In this document: positions 1 to 10,254 of the stretch, piece by piece | Layout of the letters: each line of letters opens with the position of its first letter | Position numbering within the stretch: the stretch's first letter is position 1 | Virus record (IMG/VR): IMGVR_UViG_3300030103_002403 | Location: 1-31,448 of that record | DNA: 31,448 nt | Reading direction: 5' to 3' (one strand) | Source: a virus | Taxonomy: Duplodnaviria; Caudoviricetes | Notes under the pieces: model-generated | What the model was told of the DNA's origin: nothing | What the model saw: only the letters and a program-made list of their open reading frames with translations | Database searches by the model: none | Translations under genes and position numbers: made by a program

Positions 1-1
1 C

Positions 2-3000
2 ATGCCGCAACATTTTGAAACGGTGCATTATCACGATAGTACTTATTATGCAAGTCTTGGTCCTTTCACATTAAACATAGAAACTCCTTCTCCTATTGCC
101 ACTAATCCTAGTATCTTTGTTAGTGATGACCGTAAAGTATCAAGTAAAGGTGCTAACACTATTGTCACAAATTCTACTACTACAAATGCAGGTGTAACAG
201 TGACATATTCTCAAGGTACAAGAATAAGCGTAGACGGACACATCTACACGGTTGATTCGGATAATGGAACTACTATAACAGTGTTTGAAAATACCGCTAA
301 TGAAATACCAACAGGAACTACTGTCTTTTTATTCGGTGATGGCTCACCAATTACAGGTTTATCTTTACAAACATTAAGAGATAGTGAAGGTGGATTATAT
401 GATAGCCAAGCCGGTAATCCGTTTAATTTTGCTAATAAACTACAAGCAAAACAAGCAGGGCAAATTGCTAGTGATTTATATTTTGGTGCATCTATGTTAA
501 ACAACTTTTGGCCTTGTGGTAGTAGAGGTGGACCGTTAGTAAGCAGACTTGACGGATATGGATATGTCACTGCATCTTGGGTGCTACCTACACAATACGG
601 TTATGGAATAACAAGCAACAATAACGGTGTAGTATGGCAAGACTTAGGTGATGATGGTTCTTATGACGCTACTACAGGTGTAAGCAATACTGATTACGAT
701 ACAATTATGTCGGCTTGGAATACATATACTGATGGGGCAACGGCATTTCCTAATGTAAGACCAAGACCATTCGGTTATAGGTTTGGACTACGACAACCAT
801 ACAACAAACCTCAATGGGCTATGTATGGTATGAGAGCATACATAGAAGCAGGTATTACAACTACTAACAACCTTACAGAATATCAACATGGACCGTTAGT
901 GCAAATTGATAGGGCAAGCGGTACATGGACATACGCAGGTGGTAAAACTTCACCCACAAGTGGTAGTATTAGTGATACTTATGTAGGTATACTTGAGAAA
1001 CAAACTAATCTTGCAGGTATGACTAACGATGATATATACGGTCATCAAACTAGATATTCCGATGGTATGCGTATGACAAGACCATTCGGTTGCCCTGTAA
1101 GAACATTAAGAAATATATCTCGTATGGCGGAAGATGAATTAATTAATCATATACAAAACCCAACTGTAAGAAGAGAATGGTGGGGCGATGATTTCGGTAA
1201 AGGTATATTTGATGTAGCCACCGCTTCACAATATTACTTAGTAGATTGGTGGGGTAATACTCGTGGTGAAGATGTAAGAAGAATGCCTGTCCGTGGATTT
1301 GGTATAAAACCTGCTTGGGATTGTCAAGATGTATATGATTATTCAACTAAGAAAATAGTAGATGGTTCATTTGCTTATACACCGTTCCTTCACGGTTACA
1401 AATATTATAACACTAAAAATATTATTGCGTGGGATGCTACAAACCAAGATTACATAGTGTCCGAGAATGCTTCAGTCGCAGTAGCCGGAGCGCATAGTTA
1501 TCAAAAAATACCATCTCAAGTAGGTAATTTTGACCCGTTAGGATTCGCTAGACACAATATAATACAGGATATGTTTTTCCCTCCACACGCAAATAGGGTA
1601 GGTAGTGCGCCTAATGGTAGAGGTATAAGATACCCAACGGCTTTCAGTGATGGTCGTATTGGTAGATTACCGTATTTGTTTAATGAATCAATACATGATA
1701 TTTTTACTACTAAAGGTGCAGTGTTATCACATAATACCGCAGAACCTAATATTGGAAGCGGGTACATAAGACCAAGAAATGATATTCTACAAAGTGATGA
1801 AGTACCAAGAGGTATCAGTGCAAAGTTAGGTATAGAACAAGATGGACTACTCAAAGTAGAGTCTATGGTGAGTGATAGAGATAAAACTATGAACACTGAT
1901 ATACCCATTTTTTACAGAAGTTATCATTATAACTTAGTAAGTAGAAGTAGTCCTAAGATTGGGTTAGATGTAGAAAATGTTGAGGGTATTGATAATAACC
2001 ATGTCATAATTACTACAGAAGCATATAGTTTACACGCTGATAGAAATATAGGACATAGAGGTATTATTAATGCTAGAAGTGGAATTTATAATCATTTTAC
2101 TCACACATCATTCGGTACAGTATATCCATTTGCTGAAACATCTATGTTATCACCTTACGGTGGTTCTTACATCATGGAAAAGAAGAACTTTTTACAACCT
2201 ATATCATTGGGTACTTGGGGTAGTTTAAGCACAAGTGGATTAGTGCTTTGGTTAAGAGCCGATAGTTTAAACTTAGAAGATGGAGATAGTGTAAATACTT
2301 GGGAAGATGAAAGCGGCGGAGGGCGGAATTTCACACAATCTACTGTTTCAAAGAAACCGACATTTGTAGCCTCCGATGCTACATTTAACAATAAACCATG
2401 TTTAAGTTTTGATGGTGGCGACCAATTATCCCTTGCTTTTGATGCTAATTTAAACACTAATGAATTTACTATATTCATGGTTATGTCGGTGACTAATGAC
2501 AATGACGCTAATCAATTAGGATATGAAAGTAGAACTTTTAATGGTAGTGAAACACCTCAAAGAAGAGGATTTAATCTATACGCAGATATGACAGGTGGTA
2601 ATAATCAATGGGAGTTTTGGGCAGGGGCAGATACAAGTTGGAGTGCGGCTAAATCAGCAGTAGGTAGTATTACTCTTAATCAACCGGATTTACTTACTAT
2701 GTTTATAGACGGCGGAAACGGTGCAGGTGGAACTGTGACGGCACAAACGCTAAGAGTAGATGGTACAGTAGTGCAAACTTTAACGCCCGCTTATTACAAA
2801 ACACATGCCGGTTTAACTAATGGAGATGAACCTCAAAACATAGGTACACTAAATACATCTTCTGCACCATTGATAGGTAAGATTGCCGAGATTATACAAT
2901 TTAATAGACATTTAACCGATTTTGAAATAAAACAATGGGAAGGATATTTAGCAACTAAATATAATATAAGCGGTCCTACAAAATGGAAATCTCCTAACCC

Positions 3001-3625
3001 GTACTTTAGTAGTGGATTAAATACTGATAATAATAAGATAGACAAGGATATATCATTCTTGATTAGACCGATAAGAGTTCTTAATAAATATCAAGCAAGA
3101 ATGGGTGAAGGTCTTGTTATGTCGTCACTTTCACCCCAATATCAAGGAAACGGATTGAAACAAAATTATTTTTACACTACTATGGGTGGTAAGTACGGAA
3201 CATTTGCATATAATATGCCTAATGCTAGAGCATCGGAGGGATATTACTTAAGAGCCACTAATCCCGATACTAACCCACCTTACGCACCTATTGTAGATAA
3301 TATGTTAGTAGGTACTGATGAGAGAGCATTATCACCCGGATTCATATATTTAGATGCTACAAATATAGAATATGTAAATCCGCTTGAAACAACTCAATTA
3401 GTGCCTTCTTTAAGAAACGATATTAACAATGTAATAATTACTGAAAATACTTTACAACACTATAGGGCAGATGCAAGTAGAAGAAGAACAGAAATAGAAG
3501 ATGATACTAATATAACAAGAAAAGACTTTTCAATTGAACCTAGATTTAGTCAATCTCTACACCCTAAAGGACATAAAAACGATGTATCATACAATAAAGG
3601 CGACCATACAGGCGACGGGAGTTGA
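2..3625 (+). CDS. Large virion/tail structural protein, probably 5'-truncated, with a LamG/concanavalin A-like domain near the C-terminus
   Basis: 1207-aa ORF open from the window edge, rich in T/G/N/S. The segment LVLWLRADSL..GDSVNTWEDESG..NFTQ..P.F....FDGGD...GKIAEIIQFNRHL..EI...EGYL..KY is the typical LamG-like signature. It lies upstream of other tail-like genes. Confidence 0.65.
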   Translation: MPQHFETVHYHDSTYYASLGPFTLNIETPSPIATNPSIFVSDDRKVSSKGANTIVTNSTTTNAGVTVTYSQGTRISVDGHIYTVDSDNGTTITVFENTANEIPTGTTVFLFGDGSPITGLSLQTLRDSEGGLYDSQAGNPFNFANKLQAKQAGQIASDLYFGASMLNNFWPCGSRGGPLVSRLDGYGYVTASWVLPTQYGYGITSNNNGVVWQDLGDDGSYDATTGVSNTDYDTIMSAWNTYTDGATAFPNVRPRPFGYRFGLRQPYNKPQWAMYGMRAYIEAGITTTNNLTEYQHGPLVQIDRASGTWTYAGGKTSPTSGSISDTYVGILEKQTNLAGMTNDDIYGHQTRYSDGMRMTRPFGCPVRTLRNISRMAEDELINHIQNPTVRREWWGDDFGKGIFDVATASQYYLVDWWGNTRGEDVRRMPVRGFGIKPAWDCQDVYDYSTKKIVDGSFAYTPFLHGYKYYNTKNIIAWDATNQDYIVSENASVAVAGAHSYQKIPSQVGNFDPLGFARHNIIQDMFFPPHANRVGSAPNGRGIRYPTAFSDGRIGRLPYLFNESIHDIFTTKGAVLSHNTAEPNIGSGYIRPRNDILQSDEVPRGISAKLGIEQDGLLKVESMVSDRDKTMNTDIPIFYRSYHYNLVSRSSPKIGLDVENVEGIDNNHVIITTEAYSLHADRNIGHRGIINARSGIYNHFTHTSFGTVYPFAETSMLSPYGGSYIMEKKNFLQPISLGTWGSLSTSGLVLWLRADSLNLEDGDSVNTWEDESGGGRNFTQSTVSKKPTFVASDATFNNKPCLSFDGGDQLSLAFDANLNTNEFTIFMVMSVTNDNDANQLGYESRTFNGSETPQRRGFNLYADMTGGNNQWEFWAGADTSWSAAKSAVGSITLNQPDLLTMFIDGGNGAGGTVTAQTLRVDGTVVQTLTPAYYKTHAGLTNGDEPQNIGTLNTSSAPLIGKIAEIIQFNRHLTDFEIKQWEGYLATKYNISGPTKWKSPNPYFSSGLNTDNNKIDKDISFLIRPIRVLNKYQARMGEGLVMSSLSPQYQGNGLKQNYFYTTMGGKYGTFAYNMPNARASEGYYLRATNPDTNPPYAPIVDNMLVGTDERALSPGFIYLDATNIEYVNPLETTQLVPSLRNDINNVIITENTLQHYRADASRRRTEIEDDTNITRKDFSIEPRFSQSLHPKGHKNDVSYNKGDHTGDGS

Positions 3626-3629
3626 TTAA

Positions 3630-5033
3630 ATGGGGCGATTAATTAAAAATTCAAATGATGGTAGATTTGAAAGTGTTTCTAATACGATGAAACATATCCG
3701 TAAACCTGTATTTGTAGATAACGCAGTTCATTATGCGGAAATAAAAAAGACTGATAACGCAAATGCTAATTTTACAACTGCAAGAGCAGTAAATACTTTT
3801 CAAGTAATGCCCGATACTACATACTCAATAGTAGAAGGTGAGTCTTTTGTGAGGATAACACACAAGGGCGCAGATGGACACGACAGTAGTACATTAATAC
3901 CATTCTTTAACAATGAAAGTATTTCTAATTCTAATAAACCAACTTTACTTTATAATCCTAATTTTCCCAATCAAAGACTATTACCTTCTACTATAAATGG
4001 AAATATTATAAATTTAACAAATATGAAAAATAAAACACTTAATCAAATAGGTTTTGACAGTAATGAAGTTAGATTGGGCCAACCTATAGATGTAGGTTTT
4101 AGAACTACTGATACTGCAATAAGGATTGGAGAGAGTGTTACCAATAGTAGTTTGACAAGTGTAAATATATCTAAAATTAACAGTAAAAATAAAAAAGACA
4201 AAAAACATTCTATGAGATTTGTCGCTAAAGATTTTAACGGAATTAACATTATGACCGCATTAAGATTTTTAGGAAGACATGATACTCGCATGGTTATGCT
4301 AGATAGATTCGGTAATATGATATATGTACCAATTAGTTTTAGTGAGTCAAATAGAATTGTAGACCCCAACATAAAAACAGGTATGGGTGCAACAGACAAG
4401 ATAGATAACATACCTAATAGAATAACTATCAAAGGATTACCTATTGCTCTAAATGATGATGTATCTATAACTATGAATGATACCGAAAAACAAAGCGGTA
4501 CTAACGGAGAAGTGATAGAAGGTGAACCTATATTTGATACTACAATTAGAACATCTAGTGCGGCTAGAAGAATAGGTAGACAAATACTACGGGCTAATTC
4601 TTTAGAAAGTGGTACTATAATAAGTGAAGGGCAAATCAATATAACTGATTTAAGACCGGGTATGGCCGTAGATTACGGTGGTACACAACACATAATCACT
4701 GAAATAACTCATTACCCATTTGAAAAGAAATCCGATATTGTACTTTTGACAGTTGATACAGGTCTTGAAGGTGTACTGCAAGGTATTAGTGAAGGTATTA
4801 GCGTGGAAGGTAATGATAAAAACCCAACAGAATTTATACAAAATATCAAAGAGAACATTACCATGTTTGGTAGAATACAAATTAGAACTGTAGTAAGAGT
4901 TTCACAAAGAGAGGTACTTACTACTGCTTTCCTCATAGGAGGTGTTAAAGGAAATAACACAAGAGGGTTAATTGGTAAGGGTGGCTTACCTATAGGAATA
5001 AATAAATCACAAGAGCAAGAGAGGGTGTACTAA
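3630..5033 (+). CDS. Putative tail/baseplate hub-like structural protein
   Basis: 467-aa ORF in the structural operon. The C-terminal part (AARRIGRQIL...DLRPGMAV...IITEITH) resembles tail hub proteins. Function is inferred. Confidence 0.45.
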   Translation: MGRLIKNSNDGRFESVSNTMKHIRKPVFVDNAVHYAEIKKTDNANANFTTARAVNTFQVMPDTTYSIVEGESFVRITHKGADGHDSSTLIPFFNNESISNSNKPTLLYNPNFPNQRLLPSTINGNIINLTNMKNKTLNQIGFDSNEVRLGQPIDVGFRTTDTAIRIGESVTNSSLTSVNISKINSKNKKDKKHSMRFVAKDFNGINIMTALRFLGRHDTRMVMLDRFGNMIYVPISFSESNRIVDPNIKTGMGATDKIDNIPNRITIKGLPIALNDDVSITMNDTEKQSGTNGEVIEGEPIFDTTIRTSSAARRIGRQILRANSLESGTIISEGQINITDLRPGMAVDYGGTQHIITEITHYPFEKKSDIVLLTVDTGLEGVLQGISEGISVEGNDKNPTEFIQNIKENITMFGRIQIRTVVRVSQREVLTTAFLIGGVKGNNTRGLIGKGGLPIGINKSQEQERVY

Positions 5034-5383
5034 TGGCTATATCTAGTAAAATAAAGTTTGATTTAATATCTCAAATAGCCACCTCAATTAACACATTAGT
5101 GTTAGGTTTTGACGGTACACCCGCTACTAATGATGACGGGGGTGCAGGTAGACCTGCAATTACTTTAGTTCCTAATGTATCTATTGTAGATGAAAGTACA
5201 ATATTAATTGAAGCAAGTTTACCTATTACAGAATCATTTAACGATACCATAAAAGAAGTTGTATTGTTAAATAGAAACGCTACTACAGGTGTTTTTTCAG
5301 CAGTAGCAAGATACAACACTAGACCAATAATTAAAACATCACAAAATGAAATAAAAATTGAAGTTAGTATAGAGGTGATATAA
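5033..5383 (+). CDS. Small putative tail/baseplate protein
   Basis: 116 aa, with TAATG overlaps on both sides. The IKEVVL..ARY..PIIKT...IEV pattern recalls tail-fibre anchor domains. Confidence 0.45.
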   Translation: MAISSKIKFDLISQIATSINTLVLGFDGTPATNDDGGAGRPAITLVPNVSIVDESTILIEASLPITESFNDTIKEVVLLNRNATTGVFSAVARYNTRPIIKTSQNEIKIEVSIEVI

Positions 5384-6540
5384 TGACAGGAAATCCATTA
5401 TCGGGGCATACAAATCATAACATGACACTTAGCGGAACGGCACAACCTGTAGATGGTTTGGCTGATGGCGACCATATCACATCACCTACGCTAACTAATC
5501 TACTTGAAGGTGTACATGGTAATGGTATCATCTTAGAGGAAGATACGGCTAAAGCCGCAGGTACAAGATTACAACCCGAAAACTTACCCGGTATATGCGA
5601 AAGAACAGGCAACAATACATTCACGGTAGCAGGTGGTAATGTTATTCTTGATGGATTAGTATACACATTCGCAGGTGGATTCGGAAGTAGTAGTACACTT
5701 ACTATTACACAAGCAAGTACGGAAGGAAGTAATACTCCTTTATCATCGGGTCAAGAGGCATTGATTACAGTTTATGCTACTGCTGAACAATCGTTAAATC
5801 ATGTAAAAATGGAAATGGGTACTGCCGTAACAACAGGAACTAATGTATACCCTACTACACCACACGCATTTTTGAATAACCCTTCTTCAACTGACAATTA
5901 TCAAAGCGTAGTACTATGTGTTTTAAGAGTTGTACACAGTGGTAGTGGTGGAGATTTAAATGTTAATATTGCTGAAATTAACGACAAAAGGGTATTTGTT
6001 AGACCTACACCAATTTACTTTACTCCTGTAGTAGATGGTGCGGTAGGAGCGACAGATGCCGTTGATTCTCATACAGATTTAGATGCCTTCCATACAGGCG
6101 GGGCAGGTGGAAATCTTACAACTACAAGATTAGGTTGTATGTGGTTAGGTAAAGGCGGTCAAATAGGTAGTACAACTGCCGGAGATAACACAAAAGATGT
6201 GTTATACTACAGTGCTACTCACGCCGCTAGATTTACCCGTTCAGTGTTTGACCGTGTGCTTACAAGTACTGCTTCTTCGATAGACCTTACATCTACAGAT
6301 GCTAATGTACTCGTGCTTAATCCCACCGGAGGTAATTTTACCATCACTACAAATGGTCCATTCCCTGCGGGATATATTATAGAAATTAAAAATACTCACG
6401 GTTCTAATACAGGTACATTCGCTCTAACCAATTCTACTACATCAGCAATAGGTGATACTGCTGACGCTGATGGTGGATATGGTAGATTTGTATGCACAGT
6501 AAGCGATGCTACCAATCCAACCTTTGTAAGACTACAATGA
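5383..6540 (+). CDS. Putative tail fibre/virion protein
   Basis: 385 aa, T/G/S-rich beta-type composition, last gene of the + strand structural operon. Confidence 0.5.
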   Translation: MTGNPLSGHTNHNMTLSGTAQPVDGLADGDHITSPTLTNLLEGVHGNGIILEEDTAKAAGTRLQPENLPGICERTGNNTFTVAGGNVILDGLVYTFAGGFGSSSTLTITQASTEGSNTPLSSGQEALITVYATAEQSLNHVKMEMGTAVTTGTNVYPTTPHAFLNNPSSTDNYQSVVLCVLRVVHSGSGGDLNVNIAEINDKRVFVRPTPIYFTPVVDGAVGATDAVDSHTDLDAFHTGGAGGNLTTTRLGCMWLGKGGQIGSTTAGDNTKDVLYYSATHAARFTRSVFDRVLTSTASSIDLTSTDANVLVLNPTGGNFTITTNGPFPAGYIIEIKNTHGSNTGTFALTNSTTSAIGDTADADGGYGRFVCTVSDATNPTFVRLQ

Positions 6541-6705
6541 TTACTTCATAGCCGAATCTCGCCAAAAATGACCGCACTTACGACATTGAAGTAAAGTGAA
6601 TCGCTTTCTATCTTCATCAAGATAGCGAGCAGTAATTCTTCTTGCTATATGCTTGTGGCTACAAGCACGACACTTTACTTTCAGCCTGTCTATCAAGCGA
6701 CCCAT
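6541..6705 (-). CDS. 54-aa Zn-ribbon protein resembling the TFIIS/TFS C-terminal domain
   Basis: Hand translation: MGRLIDRLKVKCRACSHKHIARRITARYLDEDRKRFTLLQCRKCGHFWRDSAMK. It fills the gap between the thermosome stop and the convergent structural gene. Not in the ORF track (<60 aa). Confidence 0.7.
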   Translation of the reverse strand: MGRLIDRLKVKCRACSHKHIARRITARYLDEDRKRFTLLQCRKCGHFWRDSAMK

Positions 6706-6707
6706 GC

Positions 6708-8213
6708 TTACTCAACTTGTCTTCTTGCTACTATATCATCAATTCTAAGTATAGAGTTTGTCACTTCGCTTGCGCTAAGTACTGCTTGTTTGACAAGTTC
6801 TGTAGGTTCAAATACGCCCATATCCGCCAAGTCAATAACTCCACCTTCCTCAACATTAGGACCAAAAGAAGTATTACCACGCAGTATTTCATGTCGCATA
6901 GCAAGTATAGTATCTAACGGGTCATGACCTGCATTCTCGGATATAGTAGCAGGGATAATCTCAAGAGCATCAGCAAAGGCTTCTATAGCCATTTGCGCCC
7001 TACCACCTATCTGTGCCGCATGTTGTCGTAGATGTGCCGCCATACGAGCGTATGCGATACCACCGCCAATAACGAAGTTTTTGTTCTTTAACACTAAAGA
7101 TACTACACCGAGAGCATCATCAAACCCTCTCTCTACTTCTTCAAGTGTATGACTTGTAGCACCACGAAGCACTAGAGTAGCCTCATTATGTTTCTTCTTA
7201 CTTTCAACAAATAGATACCATACATCATTATGTTTTTCACGCTTTACAGACGCTACAGATGATGTTTCAATCTCATCGGGAGTTTGGTACACACTCGCTT
7301 TAGTAATTCTTGACAATGCTCTAAGAGAAGACTCCGGTACACGGCGTACTACCATGATGTTGTTCTTCTTTAGATATGCACATACATGGTCGTTTACTGC
7401 ATCACGAACAAATACTACACCACCTTTAGGTAGTGCTTCTACTATGTTCTTTGCTAGTGAGATTAATGTTGTCTTACCCGATGCCTTGTAAGTTTGATAC
7501 GATTTAGCATCAAGTTGAACTTGTACATTATCTTCGCTTTTCTCATTTTCAAGACCTGTATTAATTAATAATATGTTGTTGTAAGAGTCATCTCCATCTA
7601 AAACATAATCCTTGTTTACAATACTTCCACTGTAAAGATACGAGTCTTCTAGTGAACCACCGGGGAAAGATACTACCTTTACGCTTTCAGCATCTCCCGC
7701 TTTCTCTACTGCTGATACACACAACTCCGCTACAATATCAATAGCATTCTCCAATGTTTTACCTGTAATAGCGGTCCTTGCTACTGCAATCAATGTATCT
7801 CTACAGTTTTCTGCTGATAAAGAAATTTCATCTTTAAGGTATTTTATCGCCATACCTGTTGCTTCATGATAACCACGACAAATTACATTCGGGTGTAGAC
7901 CACGCTCAAACAATGCTTCACTGTTAGCCAACAATTGACCTGCTAGTATAACTGTACTTGTTGTACCATCATAACATAAACTCTCTTGAGTCTTTGCTAC
8001 TTCTACAATCATCTTACCACCGGGGTGAGATACATCAAGTTCACGCAAGATAGTAGCACCATCGTTTGTTACAATGACATTACCACCACCGTCTAACATT
8101 AGTTTGTCCATACCCATAGGACCAAGTGTAGACTTTACCGTTTCCGATACTGTCTTTGCCGCCCTTATGTTGTGTATCTGTGCTTTACTCTTTTTACTCT
8201 CTATTTCTGCCAT
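6708..8213 (-). CDS. ths: Group II chaperonin (thermosome subunit)
   Basis: Motifs TLGPMGMDK, TNDGATIL, DGTTS, LRG...L.EVER...DA, GGG and ILRIDD. Start placed at ATG 8213 (TAATG overlap with the upstream stop). Confidence 0.95.
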   Translation of the reverse strand: MAEIESKKSKAQIHNIRAAKTVSETVKSTLGPMGMDKLMLDGGGNVIVTNDGATILRELDVSHPGGKMIVEVAKTQESLCYDGTTSTVILAGQLLANSEALFERGLHPNVICRGYHEATGMAIKYLKDEISLSAENCRDTLIAVARTAITGKTLENAIDIVAELCVSAVEKAGDAESVKVVSFPGGSLEDSYLYSGSIVNKDYVLDGDDSYNNILLINTGLENEKSEDNVQVQLDAKSYQTYKASGKTTLISLAKNIVEALPKGGVVFVRDAVNDHVCAYLKKNNIMVVRRVPESSLRALSRITKASVYQTPDEIETSSVASVKREKHNDVWYLFVESKKKHNEATLVLRGATSHTLEEVERGFDDALGVVSLVLKNKNFVIGGGIAYARMAAHLRQHAAQIGGRAQMAIEAFADALEIIPATISENAGHDPLDTILAMRHEILRGNTSFGPNVEEGGVIDLADMGVFEPTELVKQAVLSASEVTNSILRIDDIVARRQVE

Positions 8214-8818
8214 TACCAATCAACCTCTATTGTGTTTATTTCTCCCGTTTCTAAATTTCTTGATTTGATATAACCTTCACTTTTTCCAAAATTATACAAA
8301 TCAAATGTGAGTTGTGCATCGCTTAGACAATACTTCGCTACATCGTCGTACTGCCCCGCCCTCCACGCTACAGGCGCATCTTCACTGTTCATTAACTTAT
8401 TGTCCTCTAAAGTGGTCTTTATCAGTATTCCAAGTGAAGTATCTACTTTACCAAGCGACATGGCCGCCTTCTGTACAAGGTGTTTTGTGTCAATAATACT
8501 TTCAGTCTTACTTAACAAATCTCCGGCAGTATAACAATCAAGAGAATCACGCAGTACAGGTAAGTCAAATCCTTTTATGTTGTGTCCTATTATGACACCG
8601 CCCTTTGCTACATGGTCGGCTAAATCATCACCTAGTGTACGAGGGTGAAGTGCTTTTACTGTAGCATCTATATCTAAACTTTTATTACAATAAATAGTAC
8701 CATCATTACCATTCCAAGTGGCAACTACTGTTGGGTCAAAAGAAGCGGTCTTATCCCAACCACCTATCTCCCAAGAGAAATTACTTGTTTCAATATCTAG
8801 TGCTAATATATCAGTCAT
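8213..8818 (-). CDS. DnaQ/DEDD-like 3'-5' exonuclease (RNase_H_2/YprB-like)
   Basis: Exo motifs LDIET, GHNIKGFDLP and YCLSD. Start placed at ATG 8818. Confidence 0.85.
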   Translation of the reverse strand: MTDILALDIETSNFSWEIGGWDKTASFDPTVVATWNGNDGTIYCNKSLDIDATVKALHPRTLGDDLADHVAKGGVIIGHNIKGFDLPVLRDSLDCYTAGDLLSKTESIIDTKHLVQKAAMSLGKVDTSLGILIKTTLEDNKLMNSEDAPVAWRAGQYDDVAKYCLSDAQLTFDLYNFGKSEGYIKSRNLETGEINTIEVDW

Positions 8819-10214
8819 GATTCTTCGCACCCTTTCTACGGAAATAAACTCTTCCACCCGACATTTTACGATTAAACAATTTACTCGCATAATCTTTGAA
8901 ATGTCTTCTCACTGTACTTTTAGATACACCAACTGTATTCATATATTGTTGCTCTAATGAAGACTGTCTTCGCCAACCATCACCTTGACCGTCAATTTCA
9001 TAACCTGTACATTCATTGTATACTTTAATCATGTCTTCATGGATTTTACCTTCTTTACCTTTGTTTCCACCTATCTCAACTGAATCCTCTAACCAAGATA
9101 TTAAGTTTTTAAATAAGTCTAAAAGTATGTCAAAAGCCATATCTACATGTTGTGCAGTAATTACCCACTTCTTATCCAACACCGCCATGTGTAATGAAAT
9201 AATAGCAAGGTAGTTTTCAATAGCGGGTGTAAATGACGCTACAATCTCGGACATACTCGCTGACATGTTTCTTAACAAATCAAACACTTCATCGCTTGCT
9301 TGATACAACGCAGTTTCATAGTCTTCTTCTACAGTAAACATATCCCACATATACTGTTGGGCTATCTCTTCTTGTTCCTCACGACTCATTTCTGTCCATT
9401 GTGTAAATGTTAATTCTGCAAAGTTGAGTAGTCTATCTCTTACTCTCTTTTCAGTTTCTTTAAAGTAATCATACAAGTCATCTTTTGTTAAATCAATAAC
9501 CTTTGGTTTTTTATAGAAAGTAGCAAGTCTTGTATTACTCACTTCTTGTCGCATGTCCATATCCCAATGCGCCCAAAAGAGTAATACTCTTTGAAATATA
9601 CCTTTGGTAAGAACATACTCTTTAACATTCTTTGGAGGATATGTAGTAATCCAAAGTGATACTAATGACTCACACTTGATAATATCACCCTTCATCGGTT
9701 TAGTCAAAATATTTCCACCACTACCCACTGAATTACAGGCAGTTTGTAGATACAATACAGTTTCTTGACTGTGTTTGTTGGGAGTAAGAATGATAGAACC
9801 TTCATCAACATTCAATCCCTTTTGACCTGCTAACAAACCTTTGACTGTTTCAGTTTCACCTGTAGGTTTACCGTTCTCATCGTATACTTGTTTATTAGAA
9901 CCTATCAAACCTGCATCTGTACCTGTAGAATATAACTCATAATCTAATTCGGCATTCTTCATTACATCTCCAATAAAGTTCCATGCAACGGATTTACCTG
10001 TTCTTGAAGGTTGAATCCAAAATATGTGTACTCTTGGGTCTAAGTGGGAATCACTTGTTGGTATTCTTATGTAAGGTAATATCGCTTGTCCTTGTATAAA
10101 GAAAAACGATAGCAAACCCGGTATCTCATTTCTCATAGATGTTTGAGAAAAATGATGGAGATACGCTTGTAGTGTGTCAAACTTTTTTACTGCGCCGTAA
10201 TTTTTATAATCCAT
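8811..10214 (-). CDS. MCM-like AAA+ helicase (divergent)
   Basis: Walker A-like PSRTGKS, T.AGLIG, GLL....LNVDE (Walker B), an FQR arginine-finger-like motif and a winged-helix-like C-terminus. Located in the replication module. Confidence 0.65.
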   Translation of the reverse strand: MDYKNYGAVKKFDTLQAYLHHFSQTSMRNEIPGLLSFFFIQGQAILPYIRIPTSDSHLDPRVHIFWIQPSRTGKSVAWNFIGDVMKNAELDYELYSTGTDAGLIGSNKQVYDENGKPTGETETVKGLLAGQKGLNVDEGSIILTPNKHSQETVLYLQTACNSVGSGGNILTKPMKGDIIKCESLVSLWITTYPPKNVKEYVLTKGIFQRVLLFWAHWDMDMRQEVSNTRLATFYKKPKVIDLTKDDLYDYFKETEKRVRDRLLNFAELTFTQWTEMSREEQEEIAQQYMWDMFTVEEDYETALYQASDEVFDLLRNMSASMSEIVASFTPAIENYLAIISLHMAVLDKKWVITAQHVDMAFDILLDLFKNLISWLEDSVEIGGNKGKEGKIHEDMIKVYNECTGYEIDGQGDGWRRQSSLEQQYMNTVGVSKSTVRRHFKDYASKLFNRKMSGGRVYFRRKGAKNHD

Positions 10215-10236
10215 ATTATCAACCCTTTATTCTTTA

Positions 10237-10248
10237 ACAGTTTATATA
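10237..10248 (-). promoter_or_regulatory. Conserved TATA-box element, copy 1 (TATATAAACTGT)
   Basis: One of five near-identical elements lying 23-24 nt upstream of a start codon, here ATG 10214. Confidence 0.7.
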
Positions 10249-10254
10249 TTATTT

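Noticed and set aside
6530-6550. Terminator between the convergent operons
   Set aside because: The two stop codons abut directly (6540/6541), and I see no hairpin or T-tract.
3630-6705. Shared MGRLI N-terminus of the 3630 gene and the 6705 microprotein
   Set aside because: The codons differ (GGG CGA TTA ATT versus GGT CGC TTG ATA) and the genes are on opposite strands. Treated as coincidence.
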